Shown: positions 27,976-34,484 of the stretch, in pieces
Numbering within the stretch: the stretch's first letter is position 1
Layout: every line of letters begins with the position of its first letter
DNA from: Promethearchaeota archaeon
GTDB lineage: Archaea > Asgardarchaeota > Lokiarchaeia > Sigyniarchaeales > SOKP01
NCBI GenBank assembly: GCA_048940925.1
Contig: JBHLOC010000007.1
Coordinates: forward strand, 56,064 to 120,063
Length of the DNA stretch: 64,000 bases
Direction: 5' to 3'
Notes under the pieces: generated by a model
The model's database searches: none
What the model saw: only the letters and a program-made list of their open reading frames with translations
What the model was told of the DNA's origin: nothing
Made by a program: the position numbers and the translations under genes

Positions 27976-30936
27976 ATGATAAAAAGAAATAGATATTGTC
28001 TTGTTTTACTTTTTCTAATAGTTATATTTAATATTATTCCATTGATTAGATTCAATTTCAATGAACCTAATAAAAAAATTATTATTACTGATGAGGATTT
28101 TCATGCTAAAATCAATTCTGTAAAAACATCAAATCCAATAGTTTTATCGGACGGATTTGCGGGTATAGAATGGAATGATGATATTAGTCAAACTCCTTCA
28201 ATCGTCATAGATACTAATGGCACTATTCATGCAGTCTGGTCAGACTTTACTAATGGTCCGTGGGGTAATGATCCTGAGATAATGTATGCAAATTATTCCT
28301 CTTCACTTGGATTATCTTATGCTACAGTCATTTCTGATGGATATAATGGTGATTATTGGAATTCGGGTGGTAGCTATTTTCCAGATATTGCTATCGATAA
28401 TTATGGAAATATTCATGTTGTTTGGTATGATGATACTGATGGTCAATGGGGCACTGATGAAGAAATAATGTATGTGAATTACACATCTTCCGCTGGTTGG
28501 TCAAATGCCACTGTAATTTCGGATTTATATGGTGGAAGTGTATGGAATAATCGTTATAGCAGGGATCCTTCAATTGCTATAGATAATATTGGAGGAATTC
28601 ATGTTGTTTGGAATGATGATACTGATGGCGAATGGGGAACTGATACAGAAATAATGTATGTAAATTATACATCTTCCACTGGCTGGTCAAATGCTTGTGT
28701 CATTTCGGATTTATATGGCCAAATTAAATGGAATAATGATTTTAGTGAGAATCCTTCAGTTGCTGCTGATAATATTGGAGGAGTTCATGTAGTTTGGCGA
28801 GATCTCACTGATGGTCTATGGGGCACTGATCCTGAAATAATGTATGTAAATTATACCTCTGATTCTGGTTGGTCAAACATTACTGTAATTTCGGATGGAT
28901 TTGGGGATAAATATTGGAATAATGAGTGGAGTGACTATCCTTCAATTACAACAGATAATTTTGGAGGAATTCATGTTGCTTGGCAGGATGATACTGATGG
29001 TGAATGGGGAACTGATACCGAAATAATGTATTGTAATTATACATCCTCAAATGGATGGTCTAATGCTTCGGTTATCTCAGATTTATATGGAGGAATTGAA
29101 TGGAATGATGGTTATAGTGGTACTCCTTCAATTGCTACTGACAATATTGGAATAGTCCATGTAGCTTGGGTTGATGGAACTGCTGGTCCATGGGGAAGTG
29201 ATGGGGAGATAATGTATTGTAATTATACATCTTCAAATGGATGGTCTAATGCTACAGTAGTTTCTGACGGATTTGATGGGACATATTGGGATACAGGTGC
29301 GAGTGGTAATCCTTCAATTGCTATAGATAATGCTAGAACTATTCATATAGTATGGCAAGATGATTTTGCATTATGGTGGGGTCCTGATTCTGATATAGTA
29401 TATATTTTCATTGATAATATCGTTCCAGTTATTTCAATAAAAAATCCTACTCCAAACCAATTTTTCGGAATAGCTCCTCCAAATTTTAGTATAGAAATTA
29501 GTGAAGATCGTTTGGATAGAATTTGGTATATTTTGAATGATGATATAAAGACTTTTATATCTAAAAGCAATGGTACAATAAATCAAAATGTATGGGATAG
29601 AATTTATAATGGAACTATAACTATCATTTTTTATGCAAATGATACTGTAGGAAATTTAGGTTCTGCAAATGTTAAAATAAGAAAAGATTTAATTTCTCCT
29701 ATAATAATAATTAACAATATTGAAACGAATCAACGGTTTGGTAAAGAATCTCCATCTTATAGCTTATCTATAAATGAACCAAACTTAAACATATCATGGT
29801 ATTCAATATATAATGGTACTCATTGGTCTCAAGAGTTTATTTTTACTGAACTAGAAGGAAAAATTAATCAGTTATTATGGGATTCATTACCTAAAGGAAA
29901 TGTAACGGTTAGGTTTTATGCTAATGATTTAGCGGGGAATATTGGATTTGAAGAGATCTCAATTATTAAAAGCTATAAACAAAATAAATTTCCTATTGAA
30001 TTAATTGCTTTAATTTCAGTTATTGCTATTGGGTCCACAATAGTATTAAGTGGTGTAATAGTACGAAAGAAGAAGATTTTTACTAAGATATCAAAAAAAG
30101 AAGGAAAGATTGAAGCTAAAGAGTTAATCAAAGATAAAAATTATCTCCAAAAAAGAAGGTTGTTAATAGATGATTTAATAAAAAGAAATGAATTTAAAGA
30201 GGCGATTAAAAATTTAAACCAGATTAAGGAAATAGCCCAACGTTATGGATTAAAATATCTATTGACGAATACCGAAGAAAAAATAGATGAATGTAAAAAA
30301 TTAGAATTGGAAACTATTAAATCCATTAAAGAGATAATAAAAAATTTAGGTAGGAAATATATTCGCGTACAAGTTGTAGAGATTAGCAAAAAAAGTGGCA
30401 TTAAAGATGAAAAAATGATAGAAGATATAATTCATGAAATGATTCAGAAGAAAGAAATTCTTGCCAAATATTATTCTAGTTCTAAAACAATCACATTTGG
30501 CCTAATGGTAATCCCTGTATTGAAGCCAAAGTTAAAAAGGAAAAATGATGTATTTTTAAGTTATTCAACCTTAGATTCAGAATACTTTCAGATACCCAAA
30601 ATTGTAAAAAGTTTAGAAGAATATCCTGAAATCGGCAGGGTTATGTTTTGGGAAGCGGATAGTCAAGCAAATATCGTAGAATATATGGAAAAAACTTTGA
30701 GAATTACGAATGTTTTTGTATTGTTATGTTCTGAAAATTCTTTCAAGTCTGAATCGGTAAAAGGTGAATGGCAAGCAGCTTATCAGATGGATAAAGAAGG
30801 CCTTTTGAGAATTATCCCTGTTTATGAAGTTCAAGACCACATTCCCCGGTTATTATGGCCTTTACCAAGTGTCAAATATATAAAAGATGATTTTGATATA
30901 TTTATTCAAAATCTTTATAAAACAATTTTAGAATAA
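27976..30936 (+). CDS. TIR receptor 4: 7-repeat beta-propeller ectodomain, two Ig-like repeats, TM, PCI-like winged helix, TIR
   Basis: Seven 62-aa repeats; TM LIALISVIAIGSTIVLSGVIV + RKKK; TIR VFLSYS...SESVKGEWQAA. Confidence 0.88.
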   Translation: MIKRNRYCLVLLFLIVIFNIIPLIRFNFNEPNKKIIITDEDFHAKINSVKTSNPIVLSDGFAGIEWNDDISQTPSIVIDTNGTIHAVWSDFTNGPWGNDPEIMYANYSSSLGLSYATVISDGYNGDYWNSGGSYFPDIAIDNYGNIHVVWYDDTDGQWGTDEEIMYVNYTSSAGWSNATVISDLYGGSVWNNRYSRDPSIAIDNIGGIHVVWNDDTDGEWGTDTEIMYVNYTSSTGWSNACVISDLYGQIKWNNDFSENPSVAADNIGGVHVVWRDLTDGLWGTDPEIMYVNYTSDSGWSNITVISDGFGDKYWNNEWSDYPSITTDNFGGIHVAWQDDTDGEWGTDTEIMYCNYTSSNGWSNASVISDLYGGIEWNDGYSGTPSIATDNIGIVHVAWVDGTAGPWGSDGEIMYCNYTSSNGWSNATVVSDGFDGTYWDTGASGNPSIAIDNARTIHIVWQDDFALWWGPDSDIVYIFIDNIVPVISIKNPTPNQFFGIAPPNFSIEISEDRLDRIWYILNDDIKTFISKSNGTINQNVWDRIYNGTITIIFYANDTVGNLGSANVKIRKDLISPIIIINNIETNQRFGKESPSYSLSINEPNLNISWYSIYNGTHWSQEFIFTELEGKINQLLWDSLPKGNVTVRFYANDLAGNIGFEEISIIKSYKQNKFPIELIALISVIAIGSTIVLSGVIVRKKKIFTKISKKEGKIEAKELIKDKNYLQKRRLLIDDLIKRNEFKEAIKNLNQIKEIAQRYGLKYLLTNTEEKIDECKKLELETIKSIKEIIKNLGRKYIRVQVVEISKKSGIKDEKMIEDIIHEMIQKKEILAKYYSSSKTITFGLMVIPVLKPKLKRKNDVFLSYSTLDSEYFQIPKIVKSLEEYPEIGRVMFWEADSQANIVEYMEKTLRITNVFVLLCSENSFKSESVKGEWQAAYQMDKEGLLRIIPVYEVQDHIPRLLWPLPSVKYIKDDFDIFIQNLYKTILE
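28141..29415 (+). repeat. Seven tandem 186-bp coding repeats (propeller blades)
   Basis: Consensus VISDxxGxxxWNxxxSxxPSIAxDNxGxIHVVWxDxTDGxWGxDxEIMYxNYTSSxGWSNAT, also visible at DNA level (gatactgatgg..aatgggg; gaaataatgtat). Confidence 0.9.
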
Positions 30937-31077
30937 ATCCAATTTTTTATAACAAAAGTATATAAGATTCAATATCTTAATGTTGATTTAAAAAAATTAG
31001 TATAAATGAAATCTCAAACAAATTATAGACTATTTTAATTTGTAAACTTTCGAATTTAATTCAAATTTAGTGTTTCT

Positions 31078-34017
31078 ATGAAATTAAGTATTAAAATAGA
31101 GAAAATGAAAAGAATCACCCTTATTTTATTATCTATGATTGTCATATTTAGCATTGTTTCATTAATCAAATTTGACACAAAAGAACCTATACACATAAAA
31201 AATGGAAATGATGATGATTTTAATATTGAATTAAGCTCTGTAAAATATACAAATGGAACAATTATTTCTGATGGGTTCAATGATGTGTATTGGAATGATC
31301 AACTAAGTAGTTCTCCTTTAATTGCTATTGATATCTATGGAAACCTCCATGTTGTGTGGCATGATGATACTGATGGTCCATGGGGTGTTGATTCTGAAAT
31401 AATGTATGCAAAATATTCAATATCAGCGGGTTGGTCTAATGTTACTGTAATTTCGGATTTGTATGGCTGGAATGATGGTGATAGTGTAAAGCCTTCAATT
31501 GCTACGGATTCAAATGGTAATGTTCATGTAGCATGGGAAGATGATACTGATGGTCCATGGGGTATTGACTCTGAAATAATGTATGCTAATTATTCTTCAT
31601 CTGTTGGGTGGTCTAACCCTGTTGTAATTTCAGATTTATATGGCGGAGTTGAATGGAATGATGGGAATAGTGGGAATTCTTCGATTGCAATAGATAATGA
31701 TGGAGATATTTATGTAGTCTGGGATGATAACACAGATACAATATGGGGTCCCGACTCAGAAATAATGTTAGCAAAATTTTCACCTTCAATTGGTTGGTCT
31801 AACGCTAGTGTGATCTCAGATAATTTTGGGGGTCAATCTTGGAATGATGGCTGGAGTAGAGATCCTTCAATTGCTATCGACAACGATAAAAACATTCATG
31901 TTGTATGGCAAGATGATACTGACCATGGTTCGTGGGGTACTGATACTGAAATTATGTATAGAAAATATGTTTATTCATGGTCTATGTGGACTAATGATAC
32001 TGTAATATCGGATACTTGGTGGGTTCAAAGTTGGAATGATGGTTATAGTGGAAATCCTTCAATTGCAATAGGTGAGTTTGGATTCCCACATATTGTATGG
32101 ATTGATGATACTGATGGCGAATGGGGCACTGATATTGAAATAATGTATATAGCGCAACCCTATGATAATGCTACTGTAATCTCGGATGGATTTGAAAGTG
32201 TATATTGGAATGATGATTTCAGTGGTTATCCTTCAATTACTACCGATATTGATGGAAACGTTCATGTAGTATGGTTCGATAATACTGATGGCTCGTGGGG
32301 GATTGATTCTGAAATTATGTATGTAAAATATTCTTCCTTAAGTGGGTGGTCTAATGCCACTGTAATTTCGGATGGATTTGGAGGCATATATTGGAATGAT
32401 GATAATAGTAAGAATCCTTCTATTATAACAGATCAGAATGGAAATATCCATGTAGTGTGGGAAGATGATACAAATGGAAAATGGGGTATGGATACCGAGA
32501 TAATGTATATCTTTACCGATTATCCCGCTCCAGTTATTACTATAAATAATCCAAGGTCAAATGAGATTTTTAGATCTCTAGCACCAAGCTTTAATATTAC
32601 TATTAAAGAGTCAAATTTAGACACGTTTTGGTATACCCTTGATGGAGGTATAACAAATATTACGATCACAGAATTCATAGGAACGATTAATCAAATAGAG
32701 TGGGACAAGATTGGAAGATCTACTGTGGAATTAACTTTTTATGCGATTGATGTTGTGGGAAATATTGGTTTTCAATCAGTTATTATTGAAAAAGCTATTG
32801 ATTATTGGCAAGTAAATCCAATTATTATTGATGACAAGGGAACTGGAGATTTCACTTGGTCTGAAGTAGCAATGCAGGGATGGTGTACCGGTTCTGGAAC
32901 TTCAACAGATCCTTATATTATTGAGTTTTTAAAAATTGATGGGCAGAATGGCTATAATTGTATTGAAATTAGGCATTCTAAAGTTTTTTTCGTAATTGGA
33001 AAATGTCTTTTGTTTAATTCTGGAACAGGATCAAGATTTGCAGGATTTAATTTATTCAATGTTTCTAATGGAATTTTGACTGATAATAATTGTTCTTATA
33101 ACAATGGATACGGCACAATTATAATGAATTGCTCATATATCACTATAACAGAAAATGAAGTGAATAATAATGAAATTGGTGGGATATATTTAGAATCTAG
33201 CCGTTTTATCAACATTTCAAATAATAAAGATACTATAAGTTACAATGGATTATATGGAATCTATTTAATATTTAGTAATGATAATACGATTACAGACAAC
33301 ACTATAAACTACAATCAGAATGGTATTTACTTGTATAGATCTAATGATAATACTATAATAGGAAATAAACTTATTGGGAATAAAGTACCAATTACAGAAA
33401 TTGAATGTAGTGGAAATATTATTAAAGGCAATAGCATTGGTATAAAGAAATTTCCCATTGAATTTTTAATAATAATTGGTACTCTAATAGGTATTACAAT
33501 AATATCTAGTGCTATTATTTTATTGAGGAAAAAGATCTTTAAGAAATTATTTCCTAAAAAGGGTGGAATAATCAAAGAGAAAGGCAAAAGAATTTCTGTA
33601 ACTAAAATTGGAGAAAAGCATAAGCTTAATGTGTTTCTAAGCTATTCTACTATAGATTCTGGATATTTTCAGATACCAAAAGTAGTACAACATTTAGAAA
33701 AGTATCCTGAAATTGACAAAGTTTCAAGCTGGGAAGCTGATAGTAAGGAAAATATAGTAGAATTTATGGGAAAAACTTTAAAGGACACTGATGTATTTGT
33801 GTTATTTTGTTCTGAAAATTCTGTTAATTCTGAATCTGTTAAAGGTGAATGGCAAGCAGCTTATCAATTGAATAAAGCTGGTCTTTTAAAAATAATTCCT
33901 GTATACGAAATTCAAGAACATATTCCTCGATTGTTATGGCATATATTAAATGTAAAGTATTCAAAAAAAGATTTCAATGGATTTATTGAAAATCTTTATC
34001 ATGAAATATTAAGATAA
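31078..34017 (+). CDS. TIR receptor 5: 7-repeat beta-propeller, Ig-like domain, beta-helix, TM, TIR (no winged helix)
   Basis: Seven repeats of the same family as receptor 4; WCTGSGTSTDPYIIE cap then beta-helix; TM FLIIIGTLIGITIISSAIILL + RKK; TIR VFLSYS...SESVKGEWQAA. The real start may be the ATG at 31105. Confidence 0.88.
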   Translation: MKLSIKIEKMKRITLILLSMIVIFSIVSLIKFDTKEPIHIKNGNDDDFNIELSSVKYTNGTIISDGFNDVYWNDQLSSSPLIAIDIYGNLHVVWHDDTDGPWGVDSEIMYAKYSISAGWSNVTVISDLYGWNDGDSVKPSIATDSNGNVHVAWEDDTDGPWGIDSEIMYANYSSSVGWSNPVVISDLYGGVEWNDGNSGNSSIAIDNDGDIYVVWDDNTDTIWGPDSEIMLAKFSPSIGWSNASVISDNFGGQSWNDGWSRDPSIAIDNDKNIHVVWQDDTDHGSWGTDTEIMYRKYVYSWSMWTNDTVISDTWWVQSWNDGYSGNPSIAIGEFGFPHIVWIDDTDGEWGTDIEIMYIAQPYDNATVISDGFESVYWNDDFSGYPSITTDIDGNVHVVWFDNTDGSWGIDSEIMYVKYSSLSGWSNATVISDGFGGIYWNDDNSKNPSIITDQNGNIHVVWEDDTNGKWGMDTEIMYIFTDYPAPVITINNPRSNEIFRSLAPSFNITIKESNLDTFWYTLDGGITNITITEFIGTINQIEWDKIGRSTVELTFYAIDVVGNIGFQSVIIEKAIDYWQVNPIIIDDKGTGDFTWSEVAMQGWCTGSGTSTDPYIIEFLKIDGQNGYNCIEIRHSKVFFVIGKCLLFNSGTGSRFAGFNLFNVSNGILTDNNCSYNNGYGTIIMNCSYITITENEVNNNEIGGIYLESSRFINISNNKDTISYNGLYGIYLIFSNDNTITDNTINYNQNGIYLYRSNDNTIIGNKLIGNKVPITEIECSGNIIKGNSIGIKKFPIEFLIIIGTLIGITIISSAIILLRKKIFKKLFPKKGGIIKEKGKRISVTKIGEKHKLNVFLSYSTIDSGYFQIPKVVQHLEKYPEIDKVSSWEADSKENIVEFMGKTLKDTDVFVLFCSENSVNSESVKGEWQAAYQLNKAGLLKIIPVYEIQEHIPRLLWHILNVKYSKKDFNGFIENLYHEILR
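31261..32520 (+). repeat. Seven tandem ~180-bp coding repeats (propeller blades)
   Basis: Same consensus as 28141-29415, with small indels in units 2, 4 and 5. Confidence 0.9.
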
Positions 34018-34027
34018 ATATATTTTT

Positions 34028-34195
34028 TTAATCTACATAAGTCATTTTCATTCCGCAACATTCAGGAATAGGTTGATATCCACACTCATCAGAACAACAA
34101 CAAAGCAGATAACCATCTTTTACAATCATTGATTTATTACAGCAGGTAGGAACTTCTTTTTTAGAACCGCAAATATTACAAACTAATTCTGGAAT
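34028..34195 (-). CDS. Small Cys-rich metal-binding protein (55 aa, tandem desulforedoxin-like motifs)
   Basis: Hand translation: (I/M)PELVCNICGSKKEVPTCCNKSMIVKDGYLLCCCSDECGYQPIPECCGMKMTYVD*, with 10 Cys. It begins at an ATT codon 6 nt after AGGTGAT (SD-like). Below the ORF track cutoff. Confidence 0.7.
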   Translation of the reverse strand: MPELVCNICGSKKEVPTCCNKSMIVKDGYLLCCCSDECGYQPIPECCGMKMTYVD

Positions 34196-34484
34196 TTTTT
34201 TATCACCTATCCTTTATAATTTAAATTTAATAAGAGAAATAGATAACAAAAATACTTCCTTTATATGATATAATCTTTTTCAATCTACTGTTTTCAATAA
34301 TTAGGTAGAGCAGTGGCAAATCTTGTGAAATATTAACAACTTTTCTTTACTGACAAGGATTATGAAATAAGGTCAAATTTTAATATAGAAGTCTTTTAAA
34401 TTGTCATTTAAGATAAATATAAATAATAGAGTATATCAATAATAATAAGACGAATTCAAGAATAGTCAAAATAAAAAATGATAT

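Noticed and set aside
28141-32520. Regularly spaced DNA repeats that could suggest a CRISPR array or DGR template/variable repeats
   Set aside because: They are in-frame ~186-bp coding repeats with synonymous variation. There are no identical short repeats with unique spacers, no cas genes, no reverse transcriptase and no adenine-specific mismatch pattern evident.
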